From Candidatus Omnitrophota bacterium (GTDB lineage Bacteria > Omnitrophota > Gorgyraeia > Gygaellales > Profunditerraquicolaceae), in the NCBI GenBank assembly GCA_016208765.1, contig JACQXK010000032.1:54385-118384 (forward strand): 64,000 nt of DNA, given 5' to 3'. How positions within the stretch are numbered: the stretch's first letter is position 1; every line of letters starts with the position of its first letter. Positions 10,020-19,781 of the stretch are shown piece after piece. The notes beneath the pieces are model-generated. The model was not told the origin of the DNA, ran no database searches, and saw nothing but the letters and a program-made list of their open reading frames with translations. Both the position numbers and the translations under genes were made by a program.

Positions 10020-11269
10020 TCTCTTGACAGCTCCGGGTATAAAGGAAACTTCCTGGCTAAATTACTTACATCCTTTTTTATTTCTTGTAATTCATCGGGG
10101 TTTGCGCGCTTTTGTATCGCCTGATCAATAAGCCCGGCAATTAAAATCATCTCTTTTTCTTTCATCTTGCGCGTGGTCACCGCCGGAGTCCCCAAACGGA
10201 TACCGCTTGTAATTCCTGGCCCTTTTGTATCAAAAGGAATGAGGTTCTTGTTAACAGTTATCCCTGCTAATTCCAGCACAGCCGACGCATCTTTTCCTGA
10301 AATATCTTTTGGGGTCAGGTCCACGAGCATTAAATGTGTATCTGTGCCTCCTGATGCGATACGAAAACCTTTTTCAGCAAGCGCCTTGGCAAGCGCCTTG
10401 GCATTTAAAAGAATTTGTTTCTGGTAATCTTTAAATTCACTGCTCATTGCTTCTTTAAAAGCAACAGCCTTGGCGGCAATTACGTGCATTAGCGGCCCTC
10501 CCTGGATGCCCGGGAAAATTTCAGAATCAATTTTCTTGGCAAAATCTTTGCGGCAGAGCACAAATCCACCGCGCGGGCCGCGCAATGTTTTATGCGTAGT
10601 TGAAGTTACAAAATCCGCATACGGAACCGGTGAAGGATGAATACCTGCGGCCACAAGGCCGGCAAAATGCGCCATATCTACAAATAAATAAGCTCCCACT
10701 GCATCACAAATCCGGCGGAATTCCTTAAAATCTATTATTCTTGGATATGCAGATGCTCCGGCGAGAATCATCTTCGGCTTATGCTCTAAAGCAAGTTTCA
10801 TAATCTCTTCGTAATCCAAGGTTTCAGTTTGCCTGTTTACTCCGTATGTCACCATCTTGAATAACATACCCGAAAAATTATGCGGATGCCCGTGCGTCAA
10901 ATGCCCGCCGCAAGCCAAATCCATGGCTAAAACTGTATCCCCCGGCTTAACAGCAGCAAAATAAACTGCCATATTGGCCTGTGACCCTGAATGCGCCTGC
11001 ACATTGGCATGCTCTGCGCCAAAGAGTTCCTTAACACGCGATATCGCCAATTCTTCAACCTGATCCACGTATTCACATCCGCCATACCAGCGATGATGCG
11101 GGTACCCTTCGGCATATTTATTGGTCAAAACTGAGCCTTGCGCCTCCAAGACACTTAATGAAGTAAAATTCTCTGAAGCAATCAGCTCCAGATTATCTTC
11201 CTGCCTTTTAATCTCATTTTTTATTGATGCGTAAATCTCCGGGTCTGTTTTCTTTAAATGATTCATCAT
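10016..11269 (-). CDS. glyA: Serine hydroxymethyltransferase
   Basis: Full-length SHMT signature (...TNKYAEGYP...[15 protein letters not shown]...). Confidence 0.95.
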   Translation of the reverse strand: MMNHLKKTDPEIYASIKNEIKRQEDNLELIASENFTSLSVLEAQGSVLTNKYAEGYPHHRWYGGCEYVDQVEELAISRVKELFGAEHANVQAHSGSQANMAVYFAAVKPGDTVLAMDLACGGHLTHGHPHNFSGMLFKMVTYGVNRQTETLDYEEIMKLALEHKPKMILAGASAYPRIIDFKEFRRICDAVGAYLFVDMAHFAGLVAAGIHPSPVPYADFVTSTTHKTLRGPRGGFVLCRKDFAKKIDSEIFPGIQGGPLMHVIAAKAVAFKEAMSSEFKDYQKQILLNAKALAKALAEKGFRIASGGTDTHLMLVDLTPKDISGKDASAVLELAGITVNKNLIPFDTKGPGITSGIRLGTPAVTTRKMKEKEMILIAGLIDQAIQKRANPDELQEIKKDVSNLARKFPLYPELSRE

Positions 11270-11724
11270 TTCTTGCTCCTGATCAATTTTTCAATTTCTG
11301 TAATTTTATTCAATCTCCTTTTGTGCCTTCCTCCCTCAAATCCCGTACTAAGCCAAACATCTACAATTTTCCCAGCGTTTTTTTTAGTAACAAAACCAGA
11401 GCCCAGCACCAAGACATTACTGTCGTTATGCAAACGGCTCAATTCGGCAGTTTGAACTTTATAGCAAAGCGCCGCGCGGACTCCGGGAAACCGGTTTGCC
11501 ACAATAGAATTACCAATCCCGCTCTTACAGATCAACACACCCTGCTTATATTTCTTCTCGGAAATCAGCTTTGCCAGATTATAGGCAAACTCAGGATAAT
11601 CGCAACTTTCTGTAGAATACGTCCCTAAATCTTTTACTTTTATCCTCTTATGTTTTAAATAATCCTTCAGCCATTCTTTAAGGCCAAATCCTGCGTGGTC
11701 GCTTGCAATTAAAATCGGTTTCAT
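11266..11724 (-). CDS. rpiB: Ribose-5-phosphate isomerase B
   Basis: RpiB/LacAB family signature [14 protein letters not shown]...[13 protein letters not shown]. Confidence 0.85.
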   Translation of the reverse strand: MKPILIASDHAGFGLKEWLKDYLKHKRIKVKDLGTYSTESCDYPEFAYNLAKLISEKKYKQGVLICKSGIGNSIVANRFPGVRAALCYKVQTAELSRLHNDSNVLVLGSGFVTKKNAGKIVDVWLSTGFEGGRHKRRLNKITEIEKLIRSKK

Positions 11725-11736
11725 TTTGCCCCTCTT

Positions 11737-12804
11737 TTAAATTAAATCAATAATTCTGTCTACGGCATCCTTAATTAATAAATAGGTATTTGCATAAAAA
11801 TCATCTTCTCTGCCAATAGGGTCAGCAATATCCATTTTATTATCATCGCTTATTTTAGCAAATTCCTTTAATAAAAACACCCTGTTTTTAGCTTCGGGAG
11901 CAAGTTGCATTACTCTGTCTTCATGAATTTTCTCCATTACTAAGATCAAATCAGATTTCTTAATCATATCTTTAGTAATTTTTTGCGAAACATGGGTGGA
12001 AACATCCATCCCATCCTGCGCCAAAACTCTCTTAGTGGCATCAGTAGCCCCCATTCCTGCGGCATGCATAATCCCCGCAGATAAAACCTCCACATCTTCT
12101 CTGCCTTTTTCTTTTAACTTTTTTTGCAAAAGCGCTTCTGCCATTACAGAGCGGCAGGAATTTCCAGTGCAGACAAACAATACAATCTTCTTATTAATGA
12201 CTGCTTCAATTTCAGAAGCCTTAATAGCTCCTTCCCTCAAAACCTGCGCCTGGCCGGAAGTTAAGTCAACAACGGTTGATTCCGCCCCAAGCTTTGCCGG
12301 CCCTGCGTCAATTGCAAAATCAACCAAACCATCTAAATCTTTAATTGCCTGGCTAAAATTTACCGGGGCAGGCTTTCCGGAAAGATTTGCTGAAGGACAG
12401 GCAAGCGGGACCCCGCAAAGAGAAGCAATCCTTAATGCTATCTCGTTATCAGACATGCGCAAACCGATCTTTCCTCCACCTGATGAATTTAAAACAACGG
12501 TTAATGGCCCGGGCCAGAATTTTGATATTAATTTATATCCTGCAACAGGAATACCAATTGCCAAATCGTCAACCCTGCTTTTATCATCAATAATAAAAGA
12601 AAATGGCTTATTCGCCGGACGATTTTTTATCTTATTCAAAAGCGCCACAGCCTTTTGGTTAAAGGCATTGGCTGCAACGCCGTATACGGTTTCTGTCGGG
12701 ATAATTACAAGCCCGCCGCGCATCAAAATACCGGCAGCTTCTTTTAAATATTCGTTATTATTAAAACTTGACTGGTCAAGTTTAACAATCTTGGTAAAAT
12801 TCAT
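11737..12804 (-). CDS. L-threonylcarbamoyladenylate synthase (YrdC/TsaC domain) fused to a low-molecular-weight protein (Tyr/Arg) phosphatase domain
   Basis: N-terminal YrdC motif (IIPTETVYGVAANA). C-terminal CTGNSCRS P-loop (LMW-PTP). Synteny ywlC-ywlE-rpiB-glyA as in Bacillus, but with the first two genes fused. Confidence 0.75.
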   Translation of the reverse strand: MNFTKIVKLDQSSFNNNEYLKEAAGILMRGGLVIIPTETVYGVAANAFNQKAVALLNKIKNRPANKPFSFIIDDKSRVDDLAIGIPVAGYKLISKFWPGPLTVVLNSSGGGKIGLRMSDNEIALRIASLCGVPLACPSANLSGKPAPVNFSQAIKDLDGLVDFAIDAGPAKLGAESTVVDLTSGQAQVLREGAIKASEIEAVINKKIVLFVCTGNSCRSVMAEALLQKKLKEKGREDVEVLSAGIMHAAGMGATDATKRVLAQDGMDVSTHVSQKITKDMIKKSDLILVMEKIHEDRVMQLAPEAKNRVFLLKEFAKISDDNKMDIADPIGREDDFYANTYLLIKDAVDRIIDLI

Positions 12805-13286
12805 GCCTTAACCTTAATATTTCTTATTTTTGCTGCCATATTATTCTTATATTTTATAAGTTTATCATTAATTTGTTTATCGCTAATTCCCAAAATTTCC
12901 AGGGCAAAAATAGCGGCATTCTTAGCGCCTGCTTTTCCAATTGCCATAGAGGCAACCGGAATTCCCGCCGGCATCTGTACTGTGGACAATAATGAATCCA
13001 TGCCTTTAAGGCTTGAAGTTTCAATAGGGATACCAATTACCGGTAAAATTGTATGTGCGGCAATAACCCCTGCCAAAGCAGCAGCGCCACCTGCGGCAGC
13101 AATAAAAACTTTTACCCCTGAGCTGGAAACTGTTTCCACGTATTTTGCCAGTTCTTTTGGAGTGCGGTGCGCGGATAAAACTTTAACCTCAAAACCAACT
13201 TTAAACTCTTTTAGAATATCAATCCCGCTTTGCACAGTCTCAAGATCAGACTGGCTGCCCATAATGATGCTAATGACCTTATTCAT
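12801..13286 (-). CDS. purE: N5-carboxyaminoimidazole ribonucleotide mutase
   Basis: PurE signature VISIIMGSQSDLET...SAHRTP. Confidence 0.9.
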   Translation of the reverse strand: MNKVISIIMGSQSDLETVQSGIDILKEFKVGFEVKVLSAHRTPKELAKYVETVSSSGVKVFIAAAGGAAALAGVIAAHTILPVIGIPIETSSLKGMDSLLSTVQMPAGIPVASMAIGKAGAKNAAIFALEILGISDKQINDKLIKYKNNMAAKIRNIKVKA

Positions 13287-13421
13287 AGACCCTCCAGCAT
13301 TAAATCTTATAACGTTTGTTGGTCATTCTAAGACCGAAGAATCTCGTCCACGGAAAGATTCTTCGCTTCGCTCAGAATGACTACGAGATAACAAGACTTA
13401 TTACATTTATATAATTACTAA

Positions 13422-14705
13422 TTACGAAGTAATCGCTTTTTTCCCAATATCTCTGCGATAATGCATTCCTTCAAAATTTATTTTTCCAACTGCCTGGTAT
13501 GTTTTGTCTATGGCTTCTTTAATTGAATTGCCTAAACCGGTAACTCCTAAGACCCTGCCACCGTTAGTTATGATCTTTTCACCCATCTTCTTTGTTCCCG
13601 CATGGAAAACTACTACATCTTTTATTTTTTCCGCTTCTTCTAAACCAAAAATTTCCTTACCCTTCTCGTATTCTCCCGGATAACCCTTGGAAGAACAAAC
13701 CACGCAAACACAAGCGCGATTATCCCAGTTTAAACCTCCAAGTTTGGAAATTTTATTCAATTTCCCTTCGCTGGCTGCTAACATAACCTCTACCAAATCT
13801 GTTTTAAGCCGCGGCAGGATCACCTCTGTTTCAGGGTCGCCAAAACGCACATTAAATTCCAGGGCCTGAGGCCCGTCCTTAGTAAGCATTACTCCTGCAT
13901 AAAGAACACCGCAATATTCAATGCCTTCTTTAACCAAACCGTCAATAGTGCGATAAACAATTTTTTCTAAGATCTCTTTAAATAATTCCGGAGTTACTAT
14001 CGGAGCCGGTGAATATGCGCCCATTCCTCCGGTATTTGGCCCTGCATCATTATCAAAAATACGCTTATGATCCTGGCTGGAAACCAAAGGGATTACTTCT
14101 TTAGAATCAGTAAAAACTAAAATTGAAGCTTCCTGCCCGTCTAAACAATCCTCAATAATTATTTTGTTCCCGGCATCCCCAAAAACACGCTCTTGCATAA
14201 TCTTTTTTATGGCCTCAACCGCCTCAGAGATGCTCTTTGCAACCACAACTCCCTTACCGGCAGCCAGCCCGTCGGCTTTGACCACACAAGGCATGCTTCT
14301 ATTTTCAACATGATTAATCGCGGCAGCAACATCATCAAAAATCTTAAAAGCAGCTGTTGGCACATTATATTTGGCCATAATCTGCTTGGAAAAAACCTTG
14401 CTTGCTTCTAATTGCGCGGCTTTTTTCTGCGGGCCGAAAATGCGCAATTTCGCTTTTCTAAATTCATCAACAATCCCAGCAGCAAGAGGCGCTTCCGGAC
14501 CTACAACTGTCAGGTCAATCTTCTCTTTACGACAAAATTGCAACAAGCCCTCTATATCATCAACTTTTATATCCATACATTCAGCCAAAGCGGATATCCC
14601 GCCATTTCCCGGAGCACAAAAAATCTTATCCGTTAATTTTGACTGCGCGATTTTCCAAACAAGCGCGTGCTCCCGACCACCAGAACCAATCACTAAAACT
14701 CTCAT
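13422..14705 (-). CDS. purD: Phosphoribosylamine-glycine ligase
   Basis: MRVLVIGSGGREHAL... ATP-grasp fold. Confidence 0.9.
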   Translation of the reverse strand: MRVLVIGSGGREHALVWKIAQSKLTDKIFCAPGNGGISALAECMDIKVDDIEGLLQFCRKEKIDLTVVGPEAPLAAGIVDEFRKAKLRIFGPQKKAAQLEASKVFSKQIMAKYNVPTAAFKIFDDVAAAINHVENRSMPCVVKADGLAAGKGVVVAKSISEAVEAIKKIMQERVFGDAGNKIIIEDCLDGQEASILVFTDSKEVIPLVSSQDHKRIFDNDAGPNTGGMGAYSPAPIVTPELFKEILEKIVYRTIDGLVKEGIEYCGVLYAGVMLTKDGPQALEFNVRFGDPETEVILPRLKTDLVEVMLAASEGKLNKISKLGGLNWDNRACVCVVCSSKGYPGEYEKGKEIFGLEEAEKIKDVVVFHAGTKKMGEKIITNGGRVLGVTGLGNSIKEAIDKTYQAVGKINFEGMHYRRDIGKKAITS

Positions 14706-14912
14706 AATTTTTTATAATATTACTTCCTTAAGTATGACTTGGGCTGATTTCGAGCAGCACGTTAGAAAACTCTTGCGGGCACGGTTGCCCTGCTATATCG
14801 TAGCCAGGCAGAGCAAGAGTTTTCGCTCGAGCGAAGCCCCGACACGCTGGGTCGGGGCAAGCGGTGCTGCGAGAAACAGACCAAGACAAAATTCATTCAA
14901 ATATAATATTAC

Positions 14913-15806
14913 TTATTTAGAACTTTTTATTTCTTTCTCTTCTTTTCTTAACGGCAAAACTCCCGCCATTTCCCCGACCACGTTCACTAACTCAGTTCCC
15001 GCAGGAATCACTATTTTAGCATTATTCTCCAAAGATTTTTCCACTGCCTCAAGCTTTCTTAAAACTTGTGCGTTTCCAACAAAAAACTTCTCTGCAGCCT
15101 CATTTACCAGCTTAATTGCTTCAGACTCGCCTTCTGCCTGCAAGATACGCGCCTGCTTAATACCTTCTGCTTTCTTAATCTCAGCCCTCTTCTGGCCATC
15201 GGCAGCAGTTTCTGTAGCAGTGGCATAATCTACGGCAGCAATCTTTTCATTTTCTGCCTTAACTACTTTATTCATTGTTTCCTGCACATCCTTAGGCGGG
15301 TCAATTTCTTTTAATTCGGTCCTAACAATCTCTAACCCCCAGCTGGAAGTTTCTTCACAAAGTGTACGGTGCAATTCCGCATTAATTTTACCTCTTTCAC
15401 TGTTTGCAGACTTTAAAGTAAGGGTTCCAATAATATTTCTCAAAGTAGTACGAGCTAAATTCACAATCTGCCACTGATAATTGTTTACATTATACTGTGA
15501 GCTTTTAACACTTGTTTCATCTGCTTTAACCTTAAAATAAACCTGCGCATCTACTTTTGCATTCAAATTATCATTAGTGATAATTTCCTGCGGCTCAGCA
15601 TCTACCATCTGCTCAGTAGTGTTTACTAAATAAATATGCTCAATTACAGGCATAATCCAGTTAAACCCAAGGTTTGCAAAACGATTATACTTTCCCAATC
15701 TTTCAATTAAACCTCTATGTGTAGGACGAACAATCCTAATCCCCATAAAAAAAACAACTATTACAGCAGTTACTGCGGAAAATAAAACATTCATTTCTGC
15801 CTCCAT
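14913..15806 (-). CDS. SPFH/band-7 (stomatin/prohibitin-like) membrane protein
   Basis: N-terminal transmembrane helix, an SPFH core (IVRPTHRGLIERLGKY...) and a C-terminal Ala/Glu-rich coiled coil. Confidence 0.75.
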   Translation of the reverse strand: MEAEMNVLFSAVTAVIVVFFMGIRIVRPTHRGLIERLGKYNRFANLGFNWIMPVIEHIYLVNTTEQMVDAEPQEIITNDNLNAKVDAQVYFKVKADETSVKSSQYNVNNYQWQIVNLARTTLRNIIGTLTLKSANSERGKINAELHRTLCEETSSWGLEIVRTELKEIDPPKDVQETMNKVVKAENEKIAAVDYATATETAADGQKRAEIKKAEGIKQARILQAEGESEAIKLVNEAAEKFFVGNAQVLRKLEAVEKSLENNAKIVIPAGTELVNVVGEMAGVLPLRKEEKEIKSSK

Positions 15807-15821
15807 TTATTGAGCAAAAAC

Positions 15822-16859
15822 CTAAATTATTTCTACTTCTTTTCTTCCTTTAACAACTTCGCCAATGATCCACGATTTTAGCTTCATCTGCGCCAATCTT
15901 TGCATTATTTTTCCCGCTGAATATTCTTTTACAATTAAGACCATGCCGATACCCATATTTAATGTGTGATACATTTCTTTATCAGCAATGCTGCCTTTAT
16001 TTTGAACGAGTTTAAAAATCGCCGGCACCGGCCATGAATTCTTCTTAATTACCACATTAAGACTATCGGGTAAAATACGGGAAATCTTGTCATAAAAAGC
16101 GCCGCCTGTGATGTGGGATATACCTGTGATTGTCGCCGGTCTCCGGTCGCCTGTTGCCTGTTGCCGGTCGCCTGTCGCCTGTAAGAGAGATAAAACCGGC
16201 TTAACATAAATACGAGTTGGACGAAGAAGTTCACTGCTCATTCTCTTCTGCTCAGCCAAAGATAATACCTTGCGTACCAAAGAATACCCATTAGAATGCA
16301 GCCCATTTGATTCCAGCCCAATTACAACATTACCTTGTTCAATTAGCTTGCCGTCAATGATCTTGCTGCGCTCAACCACCCCCACGCAAAACCCCGCCAC
16401 ATCATAATCATCTTTTTTATACATCCCGGGCATTTGCGCAGTTTCTCCGCCGATCAAAGAACACCCTGCCTCAATGCATCCATTATTGATGCCCTTTACC
16501 AAATCCAGCAATATTTTCTCCCCCGCATTACTATGGGCAATATAATCAAGAAAAAATAAGGGCTCAGCTCCTGTACATAAAATATCATTTACATTCATCG
16601 CCACAGCATCTATGCCGACAGTATCATGTTTATTGGCTAAAATAGCGATCTTGATTTTCGTGCCGATGCCGTCTGCCGAAGAAACTAAAACCGGCTCTTT
16701 AAAATTACGGGAAGGAAATTTAAAAAAACTTCCAAATCCTCCGATATCAGTTAAAACCTCCGGGCGAAAGGAATTGCGCACCAATGATTTTATCTTGCCC
16801 TTGAAAAACCCTGCAGCCTGAATGTCCACGCCTGCATTCTTATATGTAACTTTTTTCAT
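15822..16859 (-). CDS. purM: Phosphoribosylformylglycinamidine cyclo-ligase (AIR synthetase) with a repeat-encoded loop insertion
   Basis: PurM signatures (VGIDAVAMNVNDIL...HITGGAF). An extra LLQATGDRQQATGDRRPAT loop is encoded by the GC-rich heptanucleotide repeat. Confidence 0.9.
   Translation of the reverse strand: MKKVTYKNAGVDIQAAGFFKGKIKSLVRNSFRPEVLTDIGGFGSFFKFPSRNFKEPVLVSSADGIGTKIKIAILANKHDTVGIDAVAMNVNDILCTGAEPLFFLDYIAHSNAGEKILLDLVKGINNGCIEAGCSLIGGETAQMPGMYKKDDYDVAGFCVGVVERSKIIDGKLIEQGNVVIGLESNGLHSNGYSLVRKVLSLAEQKRMSSELLRPTRIYVKPVLSLLQATGDRQQATGDRRPATITGISHITGGAFYDKISRILPDSLNVVIKKNSWPVPAIFKLVQNKGSIADKEMYHTLNMGIGMVLIVKEYSAGKIMQRLAQMKLKSWIIGEVVKGRKEVEII
16131..16185. repeat. Heptanucleotide tandem repeat (CGCCTGT/ACAGGCG)n, ~7 units, in frame inside purM
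   Basis: Plus strand: ggtcgcctgttgcctgttgccggtcgcctgtcgcctgt. It is GC-rich against the AT-rich genome and translates as QATGDR repeats. Confidence 0.8.
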
Positions 16860-16886
16860 TGTATTTTACCTTCCCGATTAAACTCT

Positions 16887-18329
16887 CTAAATCCCGCCCT
16901 GCCCGCAGCAACGCGCCTCAAGAGAAAATTTTCCCTGCATCTTCTCAGGTAAAATCGGATAATTTCCAGTCCAACACGCGGTACAGTTGTTTTTTCCATT
17001 ATCCTTAAAACACCCAAGCATCCCTTCCAGGCTCAAATAGCCGAGGCTGTCCACATCCAAATATTTTCTTACCGCATCAAGCGATTCATATTTATTGGCA
17101 ATCAGTTCGCTTGAACGGTGAAAATCAATGCCATAAAAACAAGGGAATTTATGCGCCGGGCATGATATTCTCAAATGCACCTCTTTTACCCCGGCCCTGC
17201 GCAAATTACGCACACGAATCTGCGAGGTAGTGCCGCGCACAATAGAATCATCCACCACTACAATACGCTTACCTCTTAAAACATCCTTTAAAATATTAAA
17301 TTTAACTTTTACCCCTAAGTCGCGTGTATCCTGCGCAGGCTGTATAAAGGTCCTGCCCACATAATGATTGCGGATAATCCCCATCTCAAGAGGAATCTTT
17401 GATTCCTCAGAATAACCGAGTGCCGCAGAAAACCCTGAGTCAGGCACCGGCACAACAAAATCCGCCTTTACCGGATACTCCCTGGCAAGCTGTGCGCCTA
17501 ATTTACGCCTGACAGTATGCACAGTCTGTCCGAAAACCATAGAATCCGGGCGTGAAAAATAAACATGCTCAAATGTACAATGAGAATATTTAGTACAAAG
17601 CTGCAGCTCTTTTGGTTTTACCGAACGAATGCTGTCTTTTTTTATAATTACGATTTCTCCCGGCTCCACCTCGCGGACAAGGCGCGCTCCGATCAAATCA
17701 AAGGCACAGGTTTCAGAAGCAAGGCACCACGCATTTCCAAGCTTCCCCAAAACAAGCGGGCGGAAACCAAAAGGATCCCTTACCCCTACGAGGCTTTCAG
17801 AATCCATCAAGATCAAAGAATAAGCCCCCTTAATTTTCTTAAGCGCATGTACTAAACTTGTAACCAAATTTAACGACCTGCTGCGCGCCATAAGATGGAT
17901 TACAATCTCTGAATCAGTAGTGGTCTGAAAAATAGAGCCGCTTTTTTCAAGCCCCTGGCGAAGCTCAAGTGAATTTACAAGGTTACCGTTATGCGCGATA
18001 CAGATTGAACCCTTGGCATAATCAATTAAAAGCGGCTGCGCATTTTTTAGGACACTGGAACCGGTAGTTGAATATCGCACGTGTCCGCATGCAGCAGTGC
18101 CTTTTAAGCTACTTAGGACATGTTCATCAAATACATCGCTTACCAAACCCATGTTTTTATGAATATTTAAAACGCCTTTATTATTAACAACTATGCCGCA
18201 AGCCTCCTGCCCCCTGTGCTGAAGCGAATACAAGCCAAGGTAAGTGAGCCAGCTTGCCTGCTTATGATTTATAATTCCAAACAGGCCGCAATACTCGTTG
18301 GCTTGGTCATCATAAATTATTTTTCGCAT
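16887..18329 (-). CDS. purF: Amidophosphoribosyltransferase (with a short propeptide before the catalytic Cys)
   Basis: CGLFGI N-terminal nucleophile motif, a PRTase motif (VVVDDSIVRGTT) and a C-terminal Cys cluster. Confidence 0.9.
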   Translation of the reverse strand: MRKIIYDDQANEYCGLFGIINHKQASWLTYLGLYSLQHRGQEACGIVVNNKGVLNIHKNMGLVSDVFDEHVLSSLKGTAACGHVRYSTTGSSVLKNAQPLLIDYAKGSICIAHNGNLVNSLELRQGLEKSGSIFQTTTDSEIVIHLMARSRSLNLVTSLVHALKKIKGAYSLILMDSESLVGVRDPFGFRPLVLGKLGNAWCLASETCAFDLIGARLVREVEPGEIVIIKKDSIRSVKPKELQLCTKYSHCTFEHVYFSRPDSMVFGQTVHTVRRKLGAQLAREYPVKADFVVPVPDSGFSAALGYSEESKIPLEMGIIRNHYVGRTFIQPAQDTRDLGVKVKFNILKDVLRGKRIVVVDDSIVRGTTSQIRVRNLRRAGVKEVHLRISCPAHKFPCFYGIDFHRSSELIANKYESLDAVRKYLDVDSLGYLSLEGMLGCFKDNGKNNCTACWTGNYPILPEKMQGKFSLEARCCGQGGI

Positions 18330-19119
18330 ATTCCACTCCATTCTTAATAATTAAGAAACCGCTGCCTTGTTTCTCCGGCTCATGGGCCGGATGCTGCCAA
18401 GAAAACGCGTGGCGCTCAGGATGCGGCATCAGGCCTAAAATCCTGCCGGTATCGTCACAAATCCCGGCGATATTCTCAACTGAACCATTGGGATTATCAG
18501 GATAACCGCTTAAATTTCCCTGTTTGTCGCAATATTGAAAAACAACCTGCCCTCTCTTATTTAAACTCTCTAAAACCTGTTTGTCCTTAGTAATAAATTT
18601 TCCTTCTCCATGAGCCACTGGGAGATAAATAGTTTCTGGTAAATTCTTAGCCCAGATACACTTTACCTGCGACAGGCGACCGGAGACAGGAGACAGGCGA
18701 CTATTAACCGGTGACTTTAAATAAATCCAGCGATCTTCAAATTTTCCTGAATCATTAATAATTAAACTTACTTCTTGGGTGAAGTTTTCATTACCCGGCA
18801 ACAGCCCTGCTTTAACTAAAATCTGGAATCCATTACAAATGCCTATGATCAGCTTGCCGGAAGAAATAAATTCCTTTATATCGCCTGAAAGTTTAAATTT
18901 TAGTTCATTTGCCAAAACCTTTCCGGCACCCAAATCATCCCCATAGCTGAATCCTCCGGAAAGGGCCAGGATTTGATACTCCTTAAGGCTCTTTTGTTTA
19001 CTGCAAAAAGCATTAATATGCACGAATTCCGCCTGAGCACCCGCTTTCTCAAAACTAAAAGCGGTTTCCTTGTCGCAATTGGTCCCGGCTGTTCTTAGGA
19101 TACAAACCTTTGGCTTCAT
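18310..19119 (-). CDS. purQ: Phosphoribosylformylglycinamidine synthase, glutaminase subunit (PurQ) with a repeat-encoded insertion
   Basis: Class I glutamine amidotransferase triad context (GICNGFQ, HPE). Carries a SPVNSRLSPVSGRLS insert. Confidence 0.9.
   Translation of the reverse strand: MKPKVCILRTAGTNCDKETAFSFEKAGAQAEFVHINAFCSKQKSLKEYQILALSGGFSYGDDLGAGKVLANELKFKLSGDIKEFISSGKLIIGICNGFQILVKAGLLPGNENFTQEVSLIINDSGKFEDRWIYLKSPVNSRLSPVSGRLSQVKCIWAKNLPETIYLPVAHGEGKFITKDKQVLESLNKRGQVVFQYCDKQGNLSGYPDNPNGSVENIAGICDDTGRILGLMPHPERHAFSWQHPAHEPEKQGSGFLIIKNGVEYAKNNL
18667..18715. repeat. Heptanucleotide tandem repeat (GACAGGC)n inside purQ, in the opposite genomic orientation to the purM copy
   Basis: Plus strand: gcgacaggcgaccggagacaggagacaggcgac. 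Translated on the minus strand as SPVSGRL repeats. Confidence 0.8.
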
Positions 19120-19781
19120 CTTTTGTAAAACTTATTAATCACATCCACCACTTCTCTTGGCTTATCCACCACTTTAAAAATATCCAAATCTTTCTTGCTG
19201 ATATTTGCGTTCTTTTCTAAAACAGTTTCTTTTAACCAGTCCAGCATCTTTTGCCAATAGTCCCTGCCGAATAACACTACGGGAAACCTCGGTATCCTGC
19301 GTGTTTGGATCAAATTAATTGCCTCAAAAAATTCATCAAGCGTGCCGTAACCTCCGGGCATAATCACAAACGCCTTGGCATATTTAACAAACATAACCTT
19401 GCGCACAAAAAAATAATGAAAATCAACCAGGGTATCCACGTATTCATTTGGCTTCTGTTCAAGAGGAATTTGAATGTTTAATCCGATAGACTGGCCCTTT
19501 GCCCGGCGAGCGCCTTTGTTTGCCGCTTCCATAATTCCAGGGCCGCTTCCTGTAATTACCGCATAACCTGCCTTGGCAATTAAATATGCTGTCTCCTCTG
19601 CAAGTTTATAATATTTTGCGTTAACAGGAGTGCGGCTTGAACCAAAGATAGAAACTGCCCTGCCCACATCAGACAAAACTTCAAACCCATCAACAAACTC
19701 CGACATGATCCTGAATATCCGCCACGGATCCTCATGAATAAAATCGTCTTTGACAATTTCTTTTTTATTTCTTTTTACCAT
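19116..19781 (-). CDS. LOG-family protein (TIGR00730-type nucleotide 5'-monophosphate nucleosidase / Rossmann-fold lysine-decarboxylase-like)
   Basis: LOG motifs VFGSSRT...GGGxGxMEA and PGGYGTLDE. Start chosen at MVKRN, immediately after the purL stop. Confidence 0.65.
   Translation of the reverse strand: MVKRNKKEIVKDDFIHEDPWRIFRIMSEFVDGFEVLSDVGRAVSIFGSSRTPVNAKYYKLAEETAYLIAKAGYAVITGSGPGIMEAANKGARRAKGQSIGLNIQIPLEQKPNEYVDTLVDFHYFFVRKVMFVKYAKAFVIMPGGYGTLDEFFEAINLIQTRRIPRFPVVLFGRDYWQKMLDWLKETVLEKNANISKKDLDIFKVVDKPREVVDVINKFYKR

Noticed and set aside
11996-12811. 271-aa plus-strand ORF
   Set aside because: It is entirely antisense to the well-supported yrdC/LMW-PTP gene. Its low-complexity Ala/Ser/Pro composition is typical of a shadow ORF.
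14371-15228. 285-aa plus-strand ORF spanning the purD start, the intergenic region and the SPFH gene
   Set aside because: It is antisense to two conserved genes and crosses a structured intergenic region. It has no homology signature and is a shadow ORF.
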